47,270 nt of DNA, from positions 1-47,270 of the forward strand of contig CAZMZL010000003.1 in assembly GCA_964570595.1 (NCBI GenBank), read 5' to 3'. This stretch comes from an uncultured Anaerolineaceae bacterium (GTDB taxonomy: Bacteria > Chloroflexota > Anaerolineae > Anaerolineales > E44-bin32). Under the pieces are notes generated by a model, which saw only the letters and a program-made list of their open reading frames with translations, did not search any database and had not been told where the DNA came from. The translations under genes were made by a program, and so were the position numbers. Position 1 is the stretch's first letter, and every line of letters starts with the position of its first letter. Shown piece after piece: positions 27,681-36,642 of this stretch.

Positions 27681-27723
27681 GTGGTGAGGGCGAGCGTACG
27701 TTATTCGCAGTCAAAGGAGATTC

Positions 27724-29061
27724 ATGCATCGAGAAAGCAGGGTTTTATTCTATCTAGCACTTGCTCTGATGACTGCGAGCTGTACATCGATCGCTGGTTC
27801 AGATCAGGCTACGCAGGGAGGGCGATTGGAGACTCCGGAAGCGTCCGCGGTCCCGAGTCTTTCGCCAACACTCCAGCCAACATTCACACCCCCGGCTTCT
27901 CCGACCCCGAGGTTCTTCAATGAGGAGCTGCCCGTAGGGGAAGTTCAATACAAGATCCCCCTCACCATCCGACATGTTACGGAGGACAGCGCGACGCTCT
28001 TCTTCGAGATCGAGACGCCTGCAGCCGGGTTCGTCGCAATCCGCCCAACCGAATCCGGAGGGCAGTTGATTGAAATCCCCCTGGATCCTTCCGGGACGAG
28101 ACATCTGGTCACCGTCGACAACCTGGTTCCTGGACAGCGCTACGATGCCCTCGTTGCAGTGGGAACGGATGAAGGCTATCGTCAGCCCGGGTTCCTGGCT
28201 CGCGCCTGGGGACCGGTCAGCTTCCAGACTCGATCCGATGAAGGCGTTCTGCGCATCGGCGTAATCGGGGATGCCAGCTTCGGGGATGAGACCACCAAGG
28301 CGCTCATCAGGGAAATGGCTGCTGCCGATCTTGATTTTGTCATCCATGCAGGGGACGTGGTGGATGAGACTGGATCCGGCATCGACCCGTTCGATTCCTA
28401 CGCAGAAAAGTTCTATACGCCGTTTGAGCCTTTGCTGAGGACAATGCCGGTGTATACCGTACCGGGCAACCACGATTATGACGGGGACATCCGCCTGGAT
28501 GATGAGCCCTTCTACTATTATGCCTTCCCGCCCTTTCCGGATCCTCAATTTCCCGGCCAGGAGCAAGGGGTAAACAATCAAAACTATGCCGTTCCGTACG
28601 GAGACGTTCAATTTGTGATGCTGGATTCTCAGGCTTTTTATGGTCAGCCAGGGCGGGAGGCGCAGGAGGCCTGGCTCGAGGAGCGCCTCGCCGATCCTGA
28701 ATTCAGGGTCACGATCCCCGTCATCCACGTGGCGCCTTTCAACAGCAGTGCGGTGCATCCCAATGACAGTGCCGCCATACGTGCGACATGGGTCCCAAAA
28801 TTCGAGGAGGCAAACGTACCGTTGGTTCTATCCGGGCACTTTCAGGCATATGAGCGTCTGGCGAAGAATGGAATCACGTACATCATCTCGGGGGGCGGTT
28901 CGTCGATCCTGTATGCGCAAGGTGAACTGGCGCCGGAGAGTGAACGATACCGTCGTATAAGCCACTACCTCTTGATGGAGTTGAACGCTGAGACGATTGC
29001 GCTCAAAGCGGTTGCCCTTGGGGGCGAGGTCTTTGATGCGATCACCATTCCACTGGAGTAA
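27724..29061 (+). CDS. Lipoprotein metallophosphoesterase (purple-acid-phosphatase-like)
   Basis: Signal peptide with an ..TASC lipobox-like site, a Pro/Thr-rich linker and a PAP-type N-terminal beta domain. Calcineurin-like motifs GDASFG, HAGDVVDE, GNHDY, HVAP and GHFQAYER follow. AAGGAGA SD. Confidence 0.85.
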   Translation: MHRESRVLFYLALALMTASCTSIAGSDQATQGGRLETPEASAVPSLSPTLQPTFTPPASPTPRFFNEELPVGEVQYKIPLTIRHVTEDSATLFFEIETPAAGFVAIRPTESGGQLIEIPLDPSGTRHLVTVDNLVPGQRYDALVAVGTDEGYRQPGFLARAWGPVSFQTRSDEGVLRIGVIGDASFGDETTKALIREMAAADLDFVIHAGDVVDETGSGIDPFDSYAEKFYTPFEPLLRTMPVYTVPGNHDYDGDIRLDDEPFYYYAFPPFPDPQFPGQEQGVNNQNYAVPYGDVQFVMLDSQAFYGQPGREAQEAWLEERLADPEFRVTIPVIHVAPFNSSAVHPNDSAAIRATWVPKFEEANVPLVLSGHFQAYERLAKNGITYIISGGGSSILYAQGELAPESERYRRISHYLLMELNAETIALKAVALGGEVFDAITIPLE

Positions 29062-29083
29062 CGCAAAGGGGTGAGGAGCAGCT

Positions 29084-29743
29084 ATGGCCGAATCTGAGAG
29101 CCGAGAGATGTATTTGAAAACAATCTACGAGCTTGAGGTCGAGGGCGAACCGGTCCCTGTGTCGCTCATCGCGCAGCGGTTGGGAGTCTCCTCGGTCTCC
29201 GCGACCGAGATGGTTAAACGGTTGGAGGGGAGTATGTTGCTCGTACACAAGCCCTATAAAGGGGTAGAGCTGACAGAGATGGGGCGCTTGAGGGCTTTGA
29301 GTGTCGTGCGGCGGCAGAGGCTGTGGGGCCGTTTCCTCTCGGATCAACTGCAGATCCCCTGGGAATCCGTATATGATTTTGCCTGTCGACTTGAACATGC
29401 CACCGATGACGCCGTCACCGAAGCGCTGGCGGGATATCTAGGACACCCCAAATTCTGCCCCCATGGGAGCCCCATTCCAGATTCGACCGGGTTCGTGGAG
29501 AGCTTAGACGATTTGGCGCTCAACGAGATGGCGATTGGGAAGGCGGGACGTGTCACGCGTATCGACCGGCCCGAGACGACATTATGCACCTACCTGGCAG
29601 AACGCGGTCTCCTGCCGGGTGTTTCCTTTTTTCTCGAGGATGAAGCGCCCTACAATGGGCCTCTTACGGTTCGGATTGAGGACCAGGAAGTGGCGATTGG
29701 CCGGGAGATCGCCGGCCGGATCTATGTGGAGTTGGAAGGTTAA
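29084..29743 (+). CDS. DtxR/IdeR/MntR family metal-dependent transcriptional regulator with C-terminal FeoA/SH3-like domain
   Basis: MYLKTIYELE...PVSLIAQRLGVSSVSATEMVKRLE wHTH. RRQRLWGRFL dimerisation/metal helix, HATDD..E..H metal ligands and a C-terminal SH3-like GKAGRVTRI... Confidence 0.9.
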   Translation: MAESESREMYLKTIYELEVEGEPVPVSLIAQRLGVSSVSATEMVKRLEGSMLLVHKPYKGVELTEMGRLRALSVVRRQRLWGRFLSDQLQIPWESVYDFACRLEHATDDAVTEALAGYLGHPKFCPHGSPIPDSTGFVESLDDLALNEMAIGKAGRVTRIDRPETTLCTYLAERGLLPGVSFFLEDEAPYNGPLTVRIEDQEVAIGREIAGRIYVELEG

Positions 29744-29843
29744 TGTCCGGGATTTGGGATAAGGGATTAGGAAAATACGTGGCGTGCACCTGGCAACCAA
29801 TTCCCAATCCCGGTTCCCTTAATAATCTACCCGCACACCCAGT

Positions 29844-30134
29844 TCATAATTCGGCTACGAGCTCATCAAAGGTTTCAAAGTCCACCGCAGGTGAGGTCGT
29901 AAAGCCGACACCCAGCATTTTGCTCAGGGCGATGGAGGTCTTCAAGGCCTCATTCTTGCCAGGCCCAGGGAATTCCACGATGAGCACGAGGTCCTTCTCG
30001 CCCAGCAGCGCATAACCCGCGATCAGTTTGCCGCCAAATTTCTCGATCAATTCGACGGCCTTGCCTGTGCGTCTGGCACTGATCTTGTTGATTGAATTCT
30101 GCGAATAGTTCCCAAACAATAAAAATGTTCCCAT
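29844..30134 (-). CDS. GYD domain protein
   Basis: MGTFLLFGNYSQNSINKISARRTGKAVELIEKFGGKLIAGYALLGEKDLVLIVEFP is the GYD-family pattern. GGAGGAGG SD directly upstream of ATG 30134; the tracked 30203 start is rejected. Confidence 0.8.
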   Translation of the reverse strand: MGTFLLFGNYSQNSINKISARRTGKAVELIEKFGGKLIAGYALLGEKDLVLIVEFPGPGKNEALKTSIALSKMLGVGFTTSPAVDFETFDELVAEL

Positions 30135-30309
30135 CGTTCCTCCTCCTATCGAATGGTTGAGCGGCGCGGCTAACTCCAAAACCGTGGATTCAGCATAGCT
30201 CAACTGAAATGATCATACAATATTCCAGTGGCTCCTGTGCGTCATTTTTCCTGGAAATAGGAGAGGGCGAAAAACGACCGCGGTCATCGTCCCTCCCGCG
30301 AATAAGATC

Positions 30310-30340
30310 AATAAAGAAAACGCCCGGGTCGCCCCGGGCG
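30310..30340 (-). terminator. Rho-independent terminator after the PadR-HAAS operon
   Basis: Perfect 8-bp GC-rich stem CGCCCGGG-N4-CCCGGGCG (30321-30340), followed on the minus strand by TTTTCTTTATT. It lies 37 nt past the HAAS-protein stop. Confidence 0.75.
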
Positions 30341-30376
30341 ATAAGCAGCGGTCAGGTTGAGGGAAGGTAGACGCTT

Positions 30377-31405
30377 TTACTTGTGATCCTCTACCTTGAT
30401 GGGCAGCGACAATCTCTCGGAAAAAATGGTGTTCTTCACCAGTTGATATGTCAATCTTATCGTCTCCACGATTATCACAACGAAGGCGACGACGAAACCC
30501 AGTCGGAACGCCCACATCCCGAGGAGTTGGGAGGCCTCGATGGGCATCTTTCCGCTCTCGGGAATCGCCTCGAAGACCGAGAACAGACCGCTCCCAGCGC
30601 CATTTGCCTCCAGCCAGGCGGCATGCGTATCGATGAGAAAGTACAGCACCGTGATCCCAACCACGTTGATGATGATCTTTAATACTCGGGTGAAGGTTGT
30701 CCATTCCCCTCGCCATAGGAGGATGACGTTCAGGCCTATGCCGAGCAAGATCGGGACGAAGATCCAGCCAAGGGACTCCTGGAGAATGGGATTGTTCACC
30801 GTCTGAAGACCCAAGGATGCGAGGAGCTCTAGGATGTCGGGCAGGAACACCAACAGAGCGACGAAGATCAAGCCAAACGTTGTTTCAACGATGAGCCCGG
30901 TAGGGCTTACGGGATCTTCATCATATGGTTCTGGCAGGCTGCGAGGATCCCAGAACTCATCCTCCATCTCGGGTTTGACGCCGAAATACTGCAAAGCAGC
31001 GAAGGTTACGACGACGTAGCCAAAAGCGCTGACGAGGCTTGCCAGGAAAGCGAAAACCCACTCGAAACTCGGAAAATACCCCGGTGTAAAGACGATCTTG
31101 ACCCCAGCCAATGCAAGCTGGACGATGGCAATCACGAGAATTACGATCCCCGTCACTATGCGGAAGACGGGGAAGAGGTCAGGACCGATGAGGTATGGGT
31201 CTCCGCCGCGGTAGGAGGCGGCGACCTTTGCTGGGGGGCCGAACTCATTTAGAAGTGCGACCTCGTCTTCCTCGGTCGCTTCGTCAGCGACGCGATCTTC
31301 CAGCATGTCCTCCAGTGTGGAGTAAAGTTCTGCTTCTATGTCCGCCCGATCTTTTCGGGGCAGGCGTCGGCCCACTTCGTGTACGTACCGTTCCATTAAA
31401 TTCAT
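30377..31405 (-). CDS. HAAS-domain (DUF1700-like) multi-pass membrane protein, partner of PadR
   Basis: N-terminus MERYVHEVGRRLPRKDRADIEAELYSTLEDMLED...LLNEFGPPAKVAASY is the PadR-associated HAAS signature, followed by about 6 TM helices. It lies immediately downstream of padR. Confidence 0.7.
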   Translation of the reverse strand: MNLMERYVHEVGRRLPRKDRADIEAELYSTLEDMLEDRVADEATEEDEVALLNEFGPPAKVAASYRGGDPYLIGPDLFPVFRIVTGIVILVIAIVQLALAGVKIVFTPGYFPSFEWVFAFLASLVSAFGYVVVTFAALQYFGVKPEMEDEFWDPRSLPEPYDEDPVSPTGLIVETTFGLIFVALLVFLPDILELLASLGLQTVNNPILQESLGWIFVPILLGIGLNVILLWRGEWTTFTRVLKIIINVVGITVLYFLIDTHAAWLEANGAGSGLFSVFEAIPESGKMPIEASQLLGMWAFRLGFVVAFVVIIVETIRLTYQLVKNTIFSERLSLPIKVEDHK

Positions 31406-31453
31406 TTCTCACTCCCTGAAATTTCTGCCTTCCGCCGAAGCCCAGGATGAGGC

Positions 31454-31810
31454 TCAGCGGTTACGTTTTTCATTAAGAAGGTTGCCCACGACCGCGGTGA
31501 GCCCCTTCCACTCCTTTGTGAGCTCATCGAAAACATCCCGTCCATCCGGGCTGATGACGTAGTAGCGCCGCGGTCGGGAGCCATCTACGTTCCACTCGCT
31601 TTCGAGCAGCTCTTGTTCTTCAAGGCGTCGAAGCAGGGGGTAGAGCGTACCCTGCTCGATCTCAAGCCCGCGCTTGGACAGATCCTCGACAAGTGCGTAA
31701 CCGTACTTGGGCTTGTCGAGTTGGCTGAGCGTCGCCAGGACGAGGCTGCCGCGGCGCAGCTCCTGGGTGAGCTTTTCAATGGTTTCGGTTCTCTCTTTTT
31801 TGTTCATCAT
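31454..31810 (-). CDS. PadR family transcriptional regulator
   Basis: LRRGSLVLATLSQLDKPKYGYALVEDLSKRGLEIEQGTLYPLLRRLEEQELLESEW....RPRRYY.ISPDG is canonical PadR. ATG pair at 31810/31807; the tracked extension to 31870 is hydrophobic junk. Confidence 0.9.
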   Translation of the reverse strand: MMNKKERTETIEKLTQELRRGSLVLATLSQLDKPKYGYALVEDLSKRGLEIEQGTLYPLLRRLEEQELLESEWNVDGSRPRRYYVISPDGRDVFDELTKEWKGLTAVVGNLLNEKRNR

Positions 31811-32062
31811 GGAAACACGATACCATATATAATACAGTATAGTCAAGAGCAAATAATAAGAAGAAAGCAATAATAGGAAAAGGAATCTGGGATTTGGATG
31901 TTTGGCTGGGGCATGTGGGGTGAGCGGGTCTCATCCCGGCGCACATCATCGGCGATGCTGTGGATGCGGTAGATTGCTCTTTGCGGCGGGTGGACGAATT
32001 GGGCGGTGAGAAGTCCTGGGGGTGTCCGTCTGGTGTGTGGGACCAAGCCAGAATACCCTGTG

Positions 32063-32084
32063 GCTTGCTGCGGGGTTCTTCACC
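32063..32084. repeat. 22-bp perfect direct repeat copy A (GCTTGCTGCGGGGTTCTTCACC), just downstream of the mscS stop
   Basis: Identical 22-mer read at 32063-32084 and 33482-33503 in the same orientation, bracketing the mscS gene. Confidence 0.9.
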
Positions 32085-32105
32085 TGTCCGGAGATGTTCC
32101 TGGAT

Positions 32106-33308
32106 CTATGTAAGGCTGCCCATTGCGGCGAAATCAGAGCCCGTCGGCTCCTGAAACACTCGAAGGTCAAAATAGGGCACCGCCGCGATAAGGTGATCGA
32201 AGATCTCTGCCTGGATCGCCTCGTACTCGGTCCAAACGATGGTCTTCGTAAATACGTAGATTTCCAGTGGAAGTCCAGTGGGGCCCGACGCCAATTGCCG
32301 CACAAGAAAAGTCATGCCATCTGAGTAGATTTCCGTATGATGGTTTAAGTAAGCAGCGATGTACGTACGGAACACGGTCGCATTCGTAAGCGAGCCCGGT
32401 GCAAAGAGCGCGTCCCTCTCCTGCCCCCCGCCTTCTTGAATCTTCTCATCTCTAGCGTTCAGAAAATCACTCAAGAGCTCGATGCGCCTGAATCGCTCGA
32501 TCATCTCGCTGTCGCAGAATTTGATGCTCGCCATGTCGATCGAGAGGGAGCGTTTGATTCGTCGGCCTCCGCTCTCCTGCATCCCGCGCCAATTCTTGTA
32601 TGCAACTTCCACCATTTTATGCGTCGGAATGACGGAGATTGTCTTGTCGAAGTTTTGAACTTTGATCGTGTGCAGGCTCATATTGATCACATCGCCATCC
32701 GCGCTATAGGCGGGAACTTCGATCCAGTCCCCTTCTTTGACCAGGTCGTGCGCGGAGATCTGCACGCTGGCGACGATGGCAAGGATCGTGTCGCGGAAAA
32801 CGAGCAGCAGGATGGCCATGACCGCACCCAGCCCTGTAAGGAGTCCAAGAGGCGACTCTTCCGTCAGCAGGGAGATGCTCAGAATGAAGGCCACGATCAG
32901 GACCAGGATCTTGATCAGATCGAGGTATCCGCCGATACTGACCCCGGAATAACCGGGACTGCCCTCATACATTTCGTTGGCTGCAGAGAGCACCGCATTC
33001 ATGGTGATGGCCACCACCCAGATGATGAGTAGGATGGCGAACTTTTCAATTTCGAGACGATAGTCGGGCACCAGATAGGCGAATCCATAAATGGCGAGAA
33101 GGGGCGCCAACCAGGCCAGGCGGAACGGTCGCACGTTCTTCACCAGGATGTCGTCGTACTTTGTTTCGGTGCGATCAGCGATGTAGATCAAGGCGCGGGC
33201 GATGATCCCGCGTGCGATAAGAAAAAGGGTGACGCTCAAGAGCAGAATAGCGCCTGCTCCCATGAGAGGATTATCTTGTATCCATAATTGGGATGTCGTG
33301 ATGTCCAT
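32106..33308 (-). CDS. Mechanosensitive ion channel, MscS family
   Basis: TM helices are followed by the MscS beta-domain DLVKEGDWIEVPAYSADGDVINMSLHTIKVQNFDKTISVIPTHKM. The ATG at 33308 has GAGGA upstream. The tracked N-terminal 83 codons (to 33557) belong to a decayed VOC gene in the same frame. Confidence 0.85.
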   Translation of the reverse strand: MDITTSQLWIQDNPLMGAGAILLLSVTLFLIARGIIARALIYIADRTETKYDDILVKNVRPFRLAWLAPLLAIYGFAYLVPDYRLEIEKFAILLIIWVVAITMNAVLSAANEMYEGSPGYSGVSIGGYLDLIKILVLIVAFILSISLLTEESPLGLLTGLGAVMAILLLVFRDTILAIVASVQISAHDLVKEGDWIEVPAYSADGDVINMSLHTIKVQNFDKTISVIPTHKMVEVAYKNWRGMQESGGRRIKRSLSIDMASIKFCDSEMIERFRRIELLSDFLNARDEKIQEGGGQERDALFAPGSLTNATVFRTYIAAYLNHHTEIYSDGMTFLVRQLASGPTGLPLEIYVFTKTIVWTEYEAIQAEIFDHLIAAVPYFDLRVFQEPTGSDFAAMGSLT

Positions 33309-33440
33309 GAGCCCTGTCCTCGTGGAATAGGCGGTTCTTCTAAGTTCGTAATCCAACCCATTTAACCATATTCGTTCTGGATTCGCATCGCTGCGAGAGC
33401 GCACTTGCAACCTGCGCCGGGACATAAAGGGGTGTGGGGG

Positions 33441-33725
33441 TAGCAAAACCCCCAGGCTTGTTCTTGGGAAGATGCCCCACAGCTTGCTGCGGGGTTCTTC
33501 ACCAAGGTCTTCGACCTCGAGGGTATCGATAACCGCCTGTGGAAATTGTGCGCCCATGAGCGCGTCGTTGATCCCGGGTGCATCATCTGACCCTGTCGTG
33601 ACAAGCCAGTATCCACACTCGCTTTCTTACAAGGGGATGACCTCCCAGTCGAAAACCTTGGAATATAAATTCCCGAGCTCCTCCGGATCGTCACTAAGTA
33701 TTTCAAAGTGTATGGGTCGGTGCGT
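33441..33725 (-). pseudogene. Decayed VOC (glyoxalase/bleomycin-resistance, COG3324-like) gene
   Basis: The minus strand reads (T)HRPIHFEILSDDPEELGNLYSKVFDWEVIPL*ESECGYWLVTTGSDDAPGINDALMGAQFPQAVIDTLEVEDL..., the classic small VOC pattern. There is no start codon: ACG sits where ATG is expected, 7 nt after GAGGGGG. An in-frame TAA lies at 33627-33629, and about 10 residues are missing before a degenerate C-terminus. Confidence 0.55.
33482..33503. repeat. 22-bp perfect direct repeat copy B (GCTTGCTGCGGGGTTCTTCACC), inside the VOC pseudogene upstream of mscS
   Basis: See copy A. In both copies the minus-strand reading encodes GEEPRSK. Confidence 0.9.
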
Positions 33726-33904
33726 CTCGGACCCCCTCTGGCGAAAGGAGCGGTTTAATGAATATCATGATAACAGAACAGCGTTGAAACACTCTCGTGG
33801 GATTTGAAGTCGTAAAGGGGATTCTAAGTCCCTTAGCTGCGCATATCAATGTGTTTATGAACTAATCGTGATTCTCGGATATCATGGGAAAAAGGGAGAA
33901 TGGA

Positions 33905-34612
33905 ATGGGAATCTTAATTACGGGCGCAAACCGTGGGCTCGGCTACGAGTTCGTGAAACAATATCTCGATCGGGGGGAGCAGGTCATCGCGGCCGCCAGG
34001 GCCCCTCATCATGCCAATGAGCTCCAGGCGCTTTTGGAGAAGCATGACCATTTGCTCGCTCTTTATGAGCTTGATGTGACCGATTTGAACTCGATTCGAG
34101 CGTTACGGAAGGATGTCGAAAGGAGATTTGAGAGCCTGGATCTTCTTATCAATAACGCGGGGATTATTTCCGGTGGCCCAAAAAAGACCTATCCTCTGGG
34201 AGAATTCCACGCCGAATATATTGCCGATGTATTTAACGTTAATGCCATTGCGCCGCTTATCATGGCGGAGGAGTTTACGGAGATCTTGTCGCGGGGCGAG
34301 GGCGCCAAAATGGTCAACATCTCGTCTCTGATGGGATCGATTGGATCGATGGCAGGTGCTTCCTACTACAGCTATTGTGCGAGCAAGGCGGCACTCAATA
34401 TGTTCAGTAAGCTGCTCTCCTTCGATCTCAAGGAGAGGGGTATCAGCGTACTTGCCCTGCACCCCGGACACGTGAAGACGGATATGGGTGGTTCGTCGGC
34501 TCCCTTGACGCCCGAAGAATCGATTGGCGGGATGATCTCGGTGATCGATTCAATCACCGAAGAGGACAGTGGGAAATTTCTCGATTGGGAGGGGCGGGAA
34601 ATCCCCTGGTGA
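33905..34612 (+). CDS. Short-chain dehydrogenase/reductase (SDR), CsgA/C-factor-like
   Basis: ILITGANRGLG cofactor motif, NNAG, and the catalytic YCASKAALN. GGGAGA SD before ATG 33905. Confidence 0.85.
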   Translation: MGILITGANRGLGYEFVKQYLDRGEQVIAAARAPHHANELQALLEKHDHLLALYELDVTDLNSIRALRKDVERRFESLDLLINNAGIISGGPKKTYPLGEFHAEYIADVFNVNAIAPLIMAEEFTEILSRGEGAKMVNISSLMGSIGSMAGASYYSYCASKAALNMFSKLLSFDLKERGISVLALHPGHVKTDMGGSSAPLTPEESIGGMISVIDSITEEDSGKFLDWEGREIPW

Positions 34613-34679
34613 TATGTAGATTAACAAGATGACCGGGGAATAAAGTCCGAACGGCAAAGTAAGCCGCTGCGAGCAACGA

Positions 34680-35567
34680 TCAAGATATTTTTAGAGGGAC
34701 GACAACTCGGAGCGCCTGCGGATGTGAATGCACCTCAATGGGTGTCATACCCAGGCTATCGCCATCGACTTGTGCGGTTTGGACCGGATTGGCCTCGATC
34801 ACCACGCTTTCAACCTGCCAGTGCTGTAATTTCCCCAAACCACTGCCTCCTGTCGCCGAATCCGACAGAAAGTCAATGAGTAAAGAAAGATTGGCTCTGT
34901 GCAATACGATCACATCGAGAAGCCCGTCCTCGATGTCGATTGTCGGAGCAAGGCTTAGACCGGGCAGTCCAAGATGCCCGGAGTTAGCGACCGTGCATGT
35001 GACACCCCCTGCTTCGACTCTGTCACCATCGAGCGTGAGCGTATATTGCACCGGCCTGGCAGCTACGAGCGCTTGTAACCCGGCAATGCCATATGCGAGA
35101 AGACCAAAGCGGTCTTTGAGCAGCCGCGATGATTTTTCCACCACCATCGCTTCTAATCCGACGCCGGCCCGAAGGAGGAACATCCGCTCACCGACCATGC
35201 CCATGTCCACGACACGGATCTCGTGTTCTGAAACCAGGAGCTTGGCAGCATCTACGTAATTCCTCGGGATGCCAAACTCGTGTGCGATCGCGTTACCCGT
35301 ACCTCCTGGTAGAATTGCGAGGGCCGTAGATGTACCGGCGAGACCAGCGGCGACTTCCGATATCGTGCCGTCGCCCCCGTATGCGGCGACAATCGGGGCA
35401 CCCTCTTCAGCGAGGCGACGGGCAAGCAGGATGGCATCCTCATCCCCCTGTGTAATCTCGACCGACCAACGGTTCCCCGATGAGCGGAATACCCGGTTGA
35501 GTTCTTGCAGCACCGGCGCGTCATGTCCGGCCGCTGGGTTGACAATGACGGGGAAGTTTGAAGACAT
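34680..35567 (-). CDS. Diacylglycerol kinase catalytic-domain lipid kinase (YegS/BmrU family)
   Basis: VIVNPAAG, AAYGGDGTISEVAAGL and ILPGGTGN motifs. ATG 35567 is preferred to the tracked TTG 35573. Confidence 0.85.
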   Translation of the reverse strand: MSSNFPVIVNPAAGHDAPVLQELNRVFRSSGNRWSVEITQGDEDAILLARRLAEEGAPIVAAYGGDGTISEVAAGLAGTSTALAILPGGTGNAIAHEFGIPRNYVDAAKLLVSEHEIRVVDMGMVGERMFLLRAGVGLEAMVVEKSSRLLKDRFGLLAYGIAGLQALVAARPVQYTLTLDGDRVEAGGVTCTVANSGHLGLPGLSLAPTIDIEDGLLDVIVLHRANLSLLIDFLSDSATGGSGLGKLQHWQVESVVIEANPVQTAQVDGDSLGMTPIEVHSHPQALRVVVPLKIS

Positions 35568-35873
35568 CTTCAAGCTCTCATCGTGATTTTATTGCCGATA
35601 ACGAATCCGTGTGAATTCATAATCATTGATGCTCTGACGTCCATGCCCGCTATTCCGTAAGGGAGACCCGGGCGAGAAACAAGGGATCCAATTGCACAAG
35701 CGGTCGTGATGATCTGGAGACTGTCGTAACATTAAATTTACATCGAAGGCCCATCTTAACCAAGCCCCAAGAGAGCTGTTCATTTCATGAAAAATGATGT
35801 GATACGCACAAACCACCATTAAAATCAGGATGATCAGACGTTTTTCAGTTCAAGCGGCGACGAAGGAGATGAG

Positions 35874-36350
35874 ATGAAGAGCAAACGCATAGAAAAAATG
35901 ATCGTGAGATTGGAGCGAGGATTGTTTAAAACAAGTGAAGTCCTCGATGCCCTCGCTCCCGATCGTTGGCGTGAACCGATCGACGGCGAATCGGATGGAT
36001 GGACGGTGAAGGATCTTGTCACTCATTTCATCGTATCGGAGGAACAACTGCTCAGAATTGTGAAGGACATCGCTGCCGGCGGAGAAGGAGCGCCAGAGGA
36101 TATCGACATCGATGCGTTTAACGAAGGTCAAATTGCACGTCAAGGTGATCGCACACCGAAAGAGTTGCAGATCCTATTGAGGGACGCCCGGGAGACGACC
36201 ATCGCCTGGGTGGCAGAACAAGACGATGAGACTCTGGATTGCGTTGGGAGGCATCCGACCCTGGGGGATACGAGTATTGAGACGATATTGTTTTCGATCT
36301 ACGGGCATCAATTGCTCCACATGCGCGAGATGACCCCTGAGTTAAAATAG
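35874..36350 (+). CDS. DinB-family (DinB_2) four-helix-bundle protein
   Basis: WTVKDLVTHF...., ..H.. and a C-terminal IYGHQLLHMREM His triad-like pattern. GAAGGAG SD. Confidence 0.75.
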   Translation: MKSKRIEKMIVRLERGLFKTSEVLDALAPDRWREPIDGESDGWTVKDLVTHFIVSEEQLLRIVKDIAAGGEGAPEDIDIDAFNEGQIARQGDRTPKELQILLRDARETTIAWVAEQDDETLDCVGRHPTLGDTSIETILFSIYGHQLLHMREMTPELK

Positions 36351-36569
36351 CGAGTGAAACTTGCGGTATTTTTCCGATCAAGCCCACGACGACCAGTCGT
36401 CTTGGATGGCTTTCCGGATAAGAATTGAAGAAATTACGTAGATCTATCCATCCTGCTTACACCCTGGCAAGGCGCGGAAGCCGATCGGGTCACTCCGATG
36501 GCTTCAGTAGGTCAGCGCACGATTGCACGAAAAATTTCTGGAATGTAGTATATGGATGTGATCGATCAC

Positions 36570-36620
36570 CCTCTCCGGGAGTGAGCCCCCGACGGACCAG
36601 GAGAGGACAACCACCGTCGG
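36570..36620 (+). promoter_or_regulatory. Candidate cis-regulatory RNA: two interleaved 7-bp helices (H-type pseudoknot topology) ending 10 nt before the SD of a small membrane ORF
   Basis: S1 CCTCTCC (36570-76) pairs with GGAGAGG (36600-06). S2 CCGACGG (36589-95) pairs with CCGTCGG (36614-20). TTTGTATT and AGGAGA follow. The structure was read by eye only, with no covariation evidence. Confidence 0.3.
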
Positions 36621-36642
36621 TTTGTATTAAAGGAGAAAGCAG

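Noticed and set aside
27799-28758. 319-aa ORF on the minus strand, antisense to the metallophosphoesterase gene
   Set aside because: It is fully contained in, and antisense to, a gene with clear catalytic motifs. The product is Arg/Pro/Gly-rich low-complexity sequence with no recognisable motif and no SD. This is a typical shadow ORF of GC-rich DNA. The same reasoning applies to 16622-17371, 12995-13741, 15188-15814, 18636-19268, 22585-23301, 25454-26110 and 25783-26514.
33309-33557. 83-codon N-terminal extension of the mscS ORF in the supplied track
   Set aside because: The extension has no TM or MscS character and continues, in frame, the VOC-family remnant upstream. ATG 33308 with a GAGGA SD gives a normal MscS N-terminus.
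36575-36620. Calling the leader structure a bona fide guanidine-III (ykkC-III) riboswitch
   Set aside because: Only the ACC.GG..AGGACAA stretch resembles the remembered consensus. The 5' ACGAGG-type loop is not matched, the CCGG/CCGG P1 would contain a G-A mismatch, and the downstream gene is a 56-aa two-TM protein rather than a SugE/EmrE exporter. It is reported only as an unclassified candidate.
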